Shown one piece after another: positions 52,540 to 64,000 of a stretch of DNA of 64,000 nucleotides. Source of the stretch: Eledone cirrhosa. Taxonomy: Eukaryota. Both the position numbers and the translations under genes were made by a program. The notes beneath the pieces were generated by a model that was not told the origin of the DNA, did no database searches, and saw only the letters and a list, made by a program, of their open reading frames with translations. The DNA lies in NCBI GenBank assembly GCA_964016885.1, contig OZ024742.1, positions 371,070,001 through 371,134,000 of the forward strand, given 5' to 3'. Position 1 is the stretch's first letter; every line of letters starts with the position of its first letter.

Positions 52540-55180
52540 ACTAACTGTGGTTAAAGTGCTCAAATGTTGCAAAGCCGCTGGGGAAGATGAAATCCGGCCC
52601 AGGATGTTAAAAAGGTACTCTCCGTCTAGTGTGCATACTGTTACTTCTGTTCATTATTACATGAACCGGATTGACATGCACAGCCAGGTTGGAAGTGATA
52701 TCATGACTGGCAGGTGTAAAATCAGTCAGCTGAAATTTATAGATGACAATAGCACAGTTGATTAGGGACTGGGTGAAACTAGATGAGATGCAATTTGGGT
52801 TTGTGCCAGGAAGAGGCACCACTGATGCCCTCTTCCTTGTGAGGCAGTTACAGGAAAAGTATCTAGCTAAAAGTAAGCCACTCTACCTGGTATTCGTCGA
52901 TCTCGAGAAAGCCTTTGAAAGAGTTCCCCATGCTATAATCTGGTGGGCTCTTAGAAAACTAGGAGTAGAAGAATGGCTTGTGAAAGCCATGTATAGGGGA
53001 GCAGTCAGCAAAGTTAGGATTAGCAATGAGTATAGCGAGGAATTTAGCGTACAGGTCGGTGTCCACCAGGGCTCTGTTCGTAGCCCTCTCCTGTTCATCA
53101 TAGTCCTGCAGGCAATAACAGAGGAGTTTAAGATCAGATGCCCATGGGAACTCCTGTATGCAGATGACCTCGCACTTATAGCTTAATCTATGGTAGAACG
53201 AGAGAAGAAATTCCAAACTTGAAAACAGGGACTAGAAAGAAAGGGTCTCAAAGTCAACCTGACAAAGACTAAGGTCCTTGTAAGTAGACAAGAAAACAGA
53301 ACCCAGATCCCCTCAGGGAAATGGCTTTGCTCAGTATGTAGGAAAGGTGTAGGTAGGAACTCCATTCTCTGCCCCAAATGCAAACAATGGGTACACAAGA
53401 GATGTAGCGGGATCTCAGGAAGCCTAACTAAGAATGTAGGCTTCACATGTAGCAGCTGTGCTGGGACAGCAAACAGCCACAGGAAACAAGTACCTCCAAA
53501 CTCTGGGAGGGCTCTGTAGAAACAGTAGACAGCTTCTGTTACCTAGGTGACCGAATTAGCAACGGAGGTGGGTGTTCGGAAAGTACAATAACTAGGGTAA
53601 GAACAGGATGGAAGAAGTTCAGAGAGCTACTGCTAGTGCTAGCTGCAAAAGGCTTTTCCCTCAAAATGAAAAGCAGACTGTATGATGCGTGTATACGAAC
53701 AGCAATGTTACATGGTAGTGAGACCTGGGCGCTGAAGGTGGAAGACTGACGTAGATTAGAAAGAAACGAAGCCTGCATGCTCCGATGGATGTGTAATAGT
53801 AATATTATACGTGAATGGCAAAGCATAAATGAATTGAGAGAGAGACTGAGCATAAGAGGAATCAAATGCTGTGTGCAGGAGAGGCGGTTGCGTTGGTATG
53901 AACATGTGATGCGTATGAAGGATGACAACTGCATAAAAAGGTGCAGAGCAGTAGAAGTCGATGGAAACCGCGGAGTAGGGAGACCCAAGAAGACCTGGGA
54001 TGAGGTGATAAAAGCCGACCTTACCCAATTACACCGCTCAAAAGCGATGACACATGACCGTGACCTCTGGCGTTACGCAGTAATACAGAAGACCCGACGC
54101 CCCCACGGGTACAAGCCGAAGCTGAAGCATATAGACAATACGTCCCCACACCCTCCCACTGCAAAGTGGTCGTGGAGGTGCCACGGCAAAAAAGCACCCA
54201 GCCCACACTGTAAAGTGGATATGTAGGCGCCACGGAAAAAAAGTACCTAGCACTCACTGTAAATGAGATTGGTGTTAGGAAGGGCATCCAGCTTTAGAAA
54301 TCAAGCCAGAATCAGTTTCCGTATGAGCAAGACAAGGTCAGCCGACTGGACACTGCCCACAACAGGACAGCCCACCTAACCCATGCTAGCGTGGAAGAAC
54401 GGACGTAAAACGGTGTTGATGATGATGGTGTTATTTAACACGACAGGTGATTTCTGACTTGCACTTGATAAGTTTGATGCTAAGCGCTGCATGGCAGGAA
54501 CGAAAATCAGTGCTGCAAAAACTGAGACACTTGTCCTCTCAAGGAAGTCACACAATGCACTCCACATGTGAATGGAGTTTCACTGAAGGAGGTGGAGATG
54601 TTCAAGTATCTCAGGGCTGTGTTCATGAATGATGGAATGGAGGAGGCTGAATTAATTGCAAGAATTGCAGGGGATAGTGCAGTAATGTATCAGCTTCAGC
54701 ATTTACTAATCAGAAGAAGGGAGATAGGTGTAAACGCCAAACCTCTTTAATTCAGTATTCGTGCCAACTCTTACTTATGGTCATGAATCTCAGATAATGA
54801 CCAAAAGGATTCGATTGCAAGTGGCTGAAATGGGGTTACGCTGAAGGGTCTTTGTAGTAACGTTACTCAATAGAGTGTGTAGCTTGGAGATCAGAGAGTC
54901 ACTCCAAGTAGATCCGCTACTTCTCTGAATTGAGAGATCACAGCTCCGATGCTATGGGTATGTGGTTAGAATGTCCCAGAAAAGAATCACTGGACAGATT
55001 TTGTGGGCAAAACCAACTGGGGGTAGACCCTGAGCAAGATGGTTGGATAACATCTATGAGCTTTGCTTGTCTTGCTTGGGGATCCAGCTGGATCAGTTGG
55101 AGACAGTTGCTTCTGACAAGACCTGCTGGAAGGAGTGTTTGAGGACTCTGCTCCCATGACCCTCTCTGGAATAACTGGAC
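52540..55180 (+). mobile_element. Old RTE LINE (different family, no PHD finger) split by RTE copy C
   Basis: KAAGEDEI...FIIYMNRI...LKFIDD, then the insertion, then VLF...KTETLV...VEMFKYL...PTLTYGHES...RSQLR.YGYVVRM. Confidence 0.8.
52749..54427 (+). mobile_element. RTE LINE copy C (PHD-containing family), decayed, 5'-truncated
   Basis: IAQLIRD..LDEMQFGF...LYADD...CSVCRKGVGRNSILCPKC...RRLRWYEHV, with several stops and a GAT tail at ~54418-54427. Confidence 0.92.
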
Positions 55181-55737
55181 AAAGAACAAGAACATTAGAA
55201 AGAGTCGTGTCCGACGGCTGAGCTCTTGCCGTTTCAACAGCTAGTTCCAGGCGCCTATAACATATATAACTTTGACAGGTTTGGGTCAGTACTGGCCCAG
55301 GCAATGTCTAACTTAATAGCACCACCTAGTGAAGACTTTCAGATCATGATTCACACCTCAGTCATCGTTTGGACACCACCATGCTACCTAAAACAGCCCC
55401 TATCTCCCACTCCCCTTCCTATACATCTCCTGTATTAGCTCTAACCCTATATAGTTTTCCAAATAATGTCCTTACTTCACTATATTACCTACTGACCCTT
55501 TAAACCACCAAAGTTAGCTCCCTTTATGTATCAATTTACACAACTAAACGGGTAAAAAAGATTACACTCCTCCCGCATACACACCTAAACCCTAATTATC
55601 CCCCTTTCTCCAGGGCTCTCCACCACGAAGGGACCGAAAATGCAACTAGCTAAAGATGGGCAAACAGAAAATTTGACAGTCGAAAGTCGACGAGACACGT
55701 ATATCTGTAAGCACGATTTGTAGATGTAATAAATAAC

Positions 55738-55794
<57 letters not shown>

Positions 55795-57526
55795 AAGTAT
55801 AGACCGTAAATTGTTGAACTCCCAACTTGGTCCTGAACTTAAAAAACAGTATAGCATCAAGTCTATCGTAAGATTTATAATGATCATATGTAACCAATAT
55901 ATTTTATATCACAAAAATATATGATCAAAGCGAGAAGAAAAAACAAACAAACAAAAACGAACACCAAGTGCGACAATCGGCCACACATGACAAGGGTCAA
56001 CGGAAATGTTTGAGACAAGCCAACACGCTGGCAGCATTACCACGGGTGATGGCCAGGCTAAGTCGCCGAAACAACCAGGCACCCTCACGGGCATCACCTG
56101 ATATCTCGGTAAGGCGAAAGTCAAGGATGTTATTGTTGTTTAACCCTAGGTTAGACCTAACAGGGCAGAACCTTTGGTTAAAGGCATTTCACCTTAGCGC
56201 ATCCCACCTATTTATTCAGGCAACGTAAATCTAAAAATAGGTTTGTTATTTCAAATGTTTATACTATCTTTACTGGTGAATAGATCGCCGTGAAAAATTA
56301 CAGTAAATTAAAGTGAAGACTATAATTTTCAAATGTGATGTAGTCATAGTGCATATTTTTCAAGAATGTCTTACTAATGTAGCTTCTTGTGGTACTGGAG
56401 TTTAAAATGTTGAGTGTGAGGTAAGATTTGGCGGAGATATAGCTATTATTTCTAGCAAGTTAAAAAAAATCATGTATTGGTTCCTTCGCTGCTTCGATAT
56501 ATCGGTGTGTAGTATATTACTGGAATTTGTTCTAATTTATTCCGAAGAGAGCATGGGCAAAAGATACTGCTACTAATATAACAATTATTTCTTATATCAA
56601 CACCAAGACGGATAAGTTTAATCAATTGTATCGACCTAAGTTTTTTAAGACAGGCCCTTTTTTTGGTTATCAACCTTGAGATTTTGAACTTCAAAGGACC
56701 AAACTAAATATCACAACTCGTTCAATCTACCGCTTCACTCACTCCACCCCCGCATTAACAATTCCTAATATTGGCATAAGGCCATATGCAGTTGATTAAA
56801 TTTAAAGTAGTAATGGCTGGTACTAATGTTATTGAGCCCTGAATGATAAAAGAACAAAGTCGGTCCCGTCGGAATTTGACCTCAGAACCTAACTAAAGAC
56901 CGCAAGGCACTTTGTTCGTTACTTTACCAGTGTTTTCTTTCCCTCACCACAACAATAGTTCAGCAAACAGCTACTCATATTTTGGGGGTAAGGTATACAA
57001 AGACGATTATATCGATCTCCAGTATTTAATTTGGACTTTATTTTATCCAAGCCAGAAATATTGCGAGATACAAAGTGAAAGTATAAAGGGACGTAGACAT
57101 ATTGTAGAGTCGTTAGAACGTCAGATATAATGATTCGTGGTATTTGTTCCGGCTCTCTCAAATCCCGCCGAGGTCAACTTTGCCCTTCATCATCCCAGAT
57201 CGATAAATAAAGTACCAGTAAAGTACTAAGACCGATTCTTCGTCTCTCTCTCTCATATATATATATATCATACTTCCTCTCTCTCTCTAGGCGAAATCGG
57301 CTGTGTTCAAACCGGAAGAAGGCTGGACTTAGCCAGGTTTAAATGCCCAAGACACGACGTATGTTACGACGGCGCCCCTACGACTCCATCAGAAGTTAAG
57401 GGACCATGACATGATAGGAGGCATACAGTCTGTCACCACTCTTCCAACTTTACTTCTTCACAGCTATAATAACAATAACAATAATAAATACTTTGCCTTT
57501 AGTTGAATCTTGCTGCGAACGTTTGG

Positions 57527-58471
57527 TCAGTGTTTTAGTGCAAATATACAGGCTAGAACATAAAGTAGTCCAAAAATAAAATTCAGCCGTGCCACTTTCC
57601 TGGGCAATTGTTCCAAGTGGCGGTAACGAAAATATCTCTCTAATTTAAAGGATTCAAACACTGTTAAGAGAGGTAGGAAATACCATTTGGAATAGTGTAG
57701 TCCCATGTAGACAAAGGCAATATAAGGCAAGAATAAAAGAGTCACAAACAATATATAGGAGCCAGTATGGCCCAGTAGAATGGCTAAGGTAACAATCCCA
57801 GCAGCTGTATCACTCTCCATGTGTCGAGTATTATTGCAATGAAGAACTGCTTCAGCACTGATAGCTAAAGGAATGGCGTAAAAAATGAGTTCGTTCGACA
57901 GTTTGCCGGTTTGTGAAAGAAAGGCGAACACAACAGTGAGAGGCCCGAATGTGAGGAATACAACCACATCTCCTAGAGCGATATACTTGAGTCCGAGACC
58001 TCCTGTGTAGAGGAAACTTCCAGATAGTCCTCCAAAGTAAATGAGAGCTAAGTGTTCCATACGAGCAGGTGACATATAGGCAAGCAACAAAAATCCACAA
58101 CATCCCAACACGTAAGAAAACCCTCCCAACCAGGCAATGTCGCCCGGCGTCAATACACAATCAACTAACGTGTTATGACTAGCATCTTTCTTTTTCTTGG
58201 AGTCGATTCCTCGGACATAATCGACATATGTGTTGACAAGGTTTCCAGCAGCGTGGACAGAGAGGGCTGTTAGACAAGTGACCAGTGATATAAGAAGGCT
58301 AAATTCGGCATGTTCCACATAAGCAAGGGCGCTTCCGAGAGCAACTGGTGTGAAAGATGACGTGAAGGACCACGGCCGCAGAGCTGCCAAGTATTTAGAC
58401 AATTCCTGTGAACGAGATGTTTTCTCTGGACGGTAGTGATTCTCATCTTTAACATGGCTATTATTTTGCAT
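57527..58471 (-). CDS. UBIAD1: UbiA prenyltransferase domain-containing protein 1 (UBIAD1/heix ortholog-like), single coding exon, 314 aa
   Basis: Long near-identical blocks to vertebrate UBIAD1 (ALRPWSF..TPVALGSALAY, EHLALIYFGGLSGSFLYTGG.G.KY.ALGD, AGIVTLAIL). ATG at 58471 with an in-frame upstream TAA. Confidence 0.95.
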   Translation of the reverse strand: MQNNSHVKDENHYRPEKTSRSQELSKYLAALRPWSFTSSFTPVALGSALAYVEHAEFSLLISLVTCLTALSVHAAGNLVNTYVDYVRGIDSKKKKDASHNTLVDCVLTPGDIAWLGGFSYVLGCCGFLLLAYMSPARMEHLALIYFGGLSGSFLYTGGLGLKYIALGDVVVFLTFGPLTVVFAFLSQTGKLSNELIFYAIPLAISAEAVLHCNNTRHMESDTAAGIVTLAILLGHTGSYILFVTLLFLPYIAFVYMGLHYSKWYFLPLLTVFESFKLERYFRYRHLEQLPRKVARLNFIFGLLYVLACIFALKH

Positions 58472-59102
58472 CACTTCAGTAGAAGTTTTTTAGCTTATGT
58501 AGAGTGTGGGATAGTGTTTCTAACACGTCCCTCTAATTGTGAAAAGCCACATATAACAGCGATCACTCAATAGAACTGATGATTCAGAAGAAACATTTAA
58601 AGAGGTGAGGGAGAGAACTATTAATAAATTTAAACACTTGATATTACAAAAATAGGAAATGACAAAGAAACGAAACGAAAAACGAAAATTAATATAACGC
58701 AAAGTCAATATAATAAAATTAATTATGAAACCAATCAGAATTGATCATTGATTAAAATAGTTTTTAAATATTATATCAATTATTAGAACCTAATACATTT
58801 AAACTCTATTAATCTTGAGTTTGAATAATGTTTAATGGAAAAATCAACGCAGTGTGTTTATATGGTAAATGTATATATATATATATGTGTGTGTGTGTGT
58901 ATAAATGTATAGTGAATACGTTTATGTTTCTGTGTATGTGTTGATGTTTGTATGTGTGTGTGTGTATGATAAATTGCCCGTCTGTGTCAATGTACGAATG
59001 AGTGTAAAAAAAGCACACATACACAAATATATATACATACAAATATATGCATATTTATATAAATCTCTATATATATATATGTGTGTGTATACATACATAT
59101 TA

Positions 59103-59153
<51 letters not shown>

Positions 59154-59177
59154 CACACACACTAATATATATGTATT

Positions 59178-59221
<44 letters not shown>

Positions 59222-59641
59222 AGAGAGAGAGAGATAACGTGTGAACGAGACTTGAGTGAGTGAATGTGTGACTTCCAGACGAGACCTCCTCTACCTCCCA
59301 TTAATCTATGGTATAAGTAAACAAGAAAGATATATGTGTGTTTATATGTCTGCAATGCAATGTCTACTAACGTTGATAGAAGAAACCTTTTAACACAAGC
59401 GCCTTGCCATCACAAACTCTATCTATCATCTGTTTATCCCAGGGAATATTAAACTCAGATATGTTAATTTGGAAGACATGGGAGGCCTGTAAGGTAAGCT
59501 ATGGAATAATTATTGTCTCCTGTCTATATGCTGGTAAATGTGTGTCTTACATCCATCTCATCACATATACATACACATATATTTATATACTGTACCCATT
59601 TAAAGGGAGAAGAGAGATTTAATATATATATATATATACCG

Positions 59642-59860
59642 CACAAACATATATATATATATACATACGTTCATAAACATATATACATACGTTCATAAAC
59701 ATATATACATACGTTCATAAACATATATATATATACATACGTTCACAAACATATACATACGTTCACAAACATATATATATATATACATACGTTCACAAAC
59801 ATATATATATACATACGTTCACAAACATATATACATACGTTCACAAACATATACATACGT
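59642..59860. repeat. Minisatellite CATACGTTCA(C/T)AAACA(TA)n, ~8 copies, within a compound microsatellite field
   Basis: Direct inspection; unit length varies with the TA count. Confidence 0.9.
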
Positions 59861-60500
59861 ACACACATATATAAATACATACATACACACATAAATACAT
59901 GCATACACACACATACATACATACATACCCATGTAAATACATACACATACAAATACATACATATGCACACAAATACGCTCACATATTTACGTACACACAC
60001 ATATATGTGTGTGTGTGTGTGTGTGTGAAGTTTTTATCGTTTTTATTGTCTTCTCTCTATTAAATGCTTGCTCTGCTGCAAATTATTTAATTTAAATCTT
60101 TCAGTAAAAGGACATATGAAGCAGTTGAAAATAAATAAAAAGGGTCAAACAATAAAAATATTAGCCACACACACCCACACATACACATGTAGATCCCGGG
60201 TTCAATCAGAGGTCAATAAGCTACTCAATACAATAGCAGAGTGGACATAATTGTTTAATATAGAAAGGGCTTCTACAGGACTTGAACTGTTTCATTCGTA
60301 TGAAATCATCTTATATATACACGTGTAAGTTGAAAATATTTCTATATTATCAGTTTGACTTAGTTTTGTATTACCAGCTTCTCCATTTCGAGAAATGACT
60401 CTTTTTTTTTTATCGCATCTGAATAAACTGTTCGTATTTACGATCAGGAAACTGTTTTGTGATGTCAAAATAAGTCAAGCTGTTAATAATAATAACAATG

Positions 60501-60536
<36 letters not shown>

Positions 60537-60609
60537 GAAAGGCTTGTTGAACACACAATCCGAAACCGCTTGGCGCCGCGGTTGGGATTTTACATCTTTC
60601 TCTCGCTCA

Positions 60610-60677
60610 TTCTACAAGACTAGAACTGTTTCATTCGAAAGCTTTCTTTCGAATGAAACAGTTCTAGTCCTGTAGAA
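60610..60677. repeat. Hairpin with 32-bp arms (1 mismatch), 4-nt loop
   Basis: TTCTACAAGACTAGAACTGTTTCATTCGAAAG-CTTT-CTTTCGAATGAAACAGTTCTAGTCCTGTAGAA. The arm is a dispersed repeat also found at ~52455-52500 and ~60255-60300. Confidence 0.9.
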
Positions 60678-61101
60678 GCCATTTCTATATTAAATTTGAT
60701 ATATATAATGTGTGTGAGAGAGAGAGAAAGATCTGTGGTTAAAGGATAGGAAAAACGTTTATCATTATCATTATTATTATCATTAAGTACTGGGGTGTTA
60801 TAATCGACTTCCCGTTCCTCTAAATTACTGGCCTTATGTCTAAATTATAAACCATTATTATTATTAAGGAATAGTCGTCGGCCTTAGGTTATTAAATAAA
60901 AATTAAAAACAGTAGGAACCATAAACTAGATCTAATAAATCCCATTGCTATCCTCTCGTTGGCATAGAAAGAATAGACTGACTCCTCCTTAAACTGTTCA
61001 CTGCATGTTGCCACACAGATGATGGACACTTTCAATGTATTATTACACTACCCGGGGAAGCCGCTTATTAGAATCACCAATAATGTAATGTTATCAATGG
61101 G

Positions 61102-61286
61102 TTATCGGTGATTATAATAAGCGACTTCCAGTGTTGTAATACACTGAAAGTCTTCATTCATACGAAGGCTTGCAGATTGGGACCCATTATTATTACAATA
61201 ATGGGTCCCAATCTGCAAGCCTTCGTATGAATGAAGACTTTCAGTGTATTACAACACTGGAAGTCGCTTATTATAATCACCGATAA
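61102..61286. repeat. Perfect inverted repeat, 90-bp arms, 5-nt loop
   Basis: 61102-61191 is the exact reverse complement of 61197-61286; loop ATTAC. Confidence 0.97.
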
Positions 61287-61992
61287 TGTTATTAATACGG
61301 ATAATTTAATGTGGTTATTGATGCGTCTCTCCAAACTCTTTATTTGCTTAATGTTATCAGGCGGTTATTCTTATCGAATATATATATAGGCATATATTTA
61401 TGTGTGTATTTATAGGTCGTTTGACCTGCTAGAAATGACAGCTAAATCCCTCAATCAGCACCCTAGTGTATCAATGATTGATACACTGAAAGCCGCTTAT
61501 CATAATCACAGATAATGTTAACCGGTTATTATTGTATCAAAATTAATAGGTCCCTTTAAACTCTTGATTTGCTTTATTAGTCGGTTATTGTTATTGAATA
61601 TATTATTGAATATATTTTTTTTTTCCAGTGACCAAACGACCTATATATATATATATATATACACATACATACATACACGGTGGGGCAGACACGCTGGATA
61701 ATGTATGAATCCCTGATATAGTCGAGATAGTCACGGCTAGAATGTCTTTAATTATAAGTGTGTTCTATCAGGATTGACTTGGGACTAAACACACACATAT
61801 AGGTCGCTCGACCTGCCAGAAATAGCAACCAAATTTCATCCAAATCACACCGTAATGTATTTAAAAAAACCACAACATTCTTCAAATATTATGCTGGATA
61901 ATCTTAACTTAGAAATATATATTGTCATGGTTGGAGAGCCTTTTACAATAGGCGTGTCCTATCCGAGTTTGATCTGAGACTTGTGCTTGTAT

Positions 61993-62485
61993 TTAACACT
62001 TTCGTTACCATGTTTCTAGTGAAATACAGTATTTCAGTTACTGTATATGCTCAAATATGACAACCCCACTATTTTAAGAAATGGGGCAAAAATATAAACC
62101 TTGTTTACATAGAATTTGAAGTTGGTGAAAGTCGTCAAAATATTGACCCCGAATATAAGTCGACCCCTTCTGCCTTCGTTTTTTTTTTTTTTTTTTTTGT
62201 CACGTACATAATCCTCGGTTTATATTCGAGCATATAAAATGATTAATGAAACATTTGGAGAGATTTACTAAAATTATAATTTCATTAAGATTATAAGTAA
62301 CTCAAATTATGTTGGAATCTTTAAATTTAGATAGGAACCCCTTAAATGGATGATTATTACATTATTTCCTCATGCTTAACAAAAGATTCTTATACAAAAT
62401 TGTTAGGTTATAATTTAAATAGGAGCCTTTTAAAATGTGTGGTTTTGTTTCATAGAATCAAGGTCAGGTTGGAAACAAGGGTTCA
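61993..62485. mobile_element. TTAA-type MITE copy (same family as 46991-47233) with a nested Tc1/pogo-like MITE (~62040-62236)
   Basis: Starts TTAACACTTTCGTTACC, and its 3' part matches 47060-47230. The nested piece has TATATGCTC(A)AATAT / ATATTCGAGCATATA inverted ends. Confidence 0.55.
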
Positions 62486-63309
62486 TGTTTTTTCTTGTTC
62501 CTCTACTTTCTGACTTTGTTAATGAAAGATTAGTGTGACCCACAGTCTAAACTGTATATTAAAGATGGATCTAGTTCAGTGGTTCCTAAAGTGGCTTCCG
62601 CAGAATCCAAATGTCAGGGGGTCCCTGAAAAATGTAGAGGAGTATATTTAAATTACGACTATATAACGGTGGGTTCCTTCAAAAGTTTCTGAAGCAAAAA
62701 AAGGGAGGTCTGCGTTTGCATAAGTTTAGGAAAACCGTTCATGCCAGACTCCTATAAATATAAAGCCTTGTACTCGTGTAAGAAACAAATGTTTGTGTGT
62801 GTGTATGAGAGTTCCACCGATAGATATATATATATATATACACATACATATATGTACACAGGTCGCTTGACCACGTCTTGACCAAACAAAATATAATATT
62901 TTCACCAAAAACTGCCTTTAAACACATGTCAGATGGATTACAATATTCATTATTACAATTACTCTGACTGTTCCCTGACAACTAGTACCAGCTTCAACAT
63001 AGAATTATTTTAACGAAGTATATTTAATTTGACTTGATTTTCGCCAACAAACCACGTGTGGACATGGACGGGGAAAAAAGAAAAAAAACAAAACAAATCA
63101 CTACATCCCTTAGGGATCGCAGTAAGTACTCCACAAAACATATAAACAACAAAATACACACAGATTTATATACAGATATATACCATATGCATATACACAC
63201 ACGTGAAAAGAGATATTTTACCAATGTACGTAAGATTGGCCGGTATAGTGTCTCACACGAAATAGTGTGGTTTCTCTGAACATTGACTTCGCTTCTAACC
63301 CACATACAC

Positions 63310-63366
<57 letters not shown>

Positions 63367-63660
63367 TAGCAGCTGAAAGTTAATAATCTGAAAAATATTA
63401 TTGAAAGTTTATTATAAAGCAGTATCAGGAAAAAAAACGTTATTTCGCTGTTAATAAACTGTTGCCTTCTACAGTACGTTTCATTTAACTTACGCAAGCA
63501 TATTTATTTGTTTACATGCACAGACTCTTCTGTACACACACAACATTTAGGAAAACGGAAACAAAATACACAAAAAAACAAAACAAAAAACAGACATTTT
63601 ATTTCTATCGTAATCAAGTGCGCTAAACCTATATTGTTTACATTCTGTGTTTTTCTACGG

Positions 63661-64000
63661 ATGGGTAGAAATAACAAAATTACCATGGTGATATCCATCG
63701 ATGAAGTATGCAACAAAACTGGTCGATGTTCCAAAATAGAACATTGCCCAGAAAACCACATCTGCCATATCTGTGCGGAACCTGAAAACTCGTTCCGTAA
63801 TCGCTGGGTCGAATGTGGAACCTGTCACATCTCTGTCTGCCTTCAATGCACCACAGGCTTCCGGAGGATCCCAGGCCCCAAAACGAGACATCATAATGCT
63901 ATGATGGATGGAATCTGGGAGATGGTCCAGCTAAAATCCTGGTCCTTTCAGTGCCTGGCCTGTGTGCCTGCCTCCACTAATGTTATTGAAAAACAACAAC
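63661..64000 (+). CDS. PHD-finger-like ORF running off the window edge, probably ORF1 of a CR1/L2-group LINE
   Basis: 113 open codons from ATG 63661: ...CHIC..WVECGTCHISVCLQC...WSFQCLAC. Absent from the ORF track, presumably because no stop lies in the window. Confidence 0.7.
   Translation, partial: MGRNNKITMVISIDEVCNKTGRCSKIEHCPENHICHICAEPENSFRNRWVECGTCHISVCLQCTTGFRRIPGPKTRHHNAMMDGIWEMVQLKSWSFQCLACVPASTNVIEKQQ

Noticed and set aside
58809-60000. Y/I/C/V/H/T-rich ORFs
   Set aside because: These are translations of (TA)n, (CA)n and (TG)n microsatellites.

Overview
Eukaryotic, repeat-rich animal DNA. The SINE, RTE and MITE repertoire resembles octopod cephalopods (inference from recall). Bases 1-25156 are a satellite of alternating 38/40-bp monomers with higher-order duplications; it is not CRISPR. 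Next is a compact (~4.2 kb) minus-strand LTR retroelement (gag, PR-RT-RH-IN). Its primer-binding site is complementary to the 5' end (nt 1-12) of tRNA-Phe rather than a tRNA 3' end, and it has a -1 frameshift slippery site with a predicted pseudoknot. The window also holds a 47x55-bp minisatellite grown from the end of a TTAA-type MITE, three RTE LINE copies with a PHD-type finger inside the RT region, CRE, CR1 and Tx1 LINE fragments, SINEs and MITEs. The only intact host genes seen are two intronless, convergent UBIAD1/MenA-family prenyltransferases. The ortholog-like copy has lost conserved active-site residues that the divergent copy keeps. Between them is a fold-back DNA element (8-bp TSD, GG...CC ends) carrying a captured RMND5-like first exon and a Tx1 LINE fragment. 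A PHD-finger ORF missing from the ORF track runs off the right edge.
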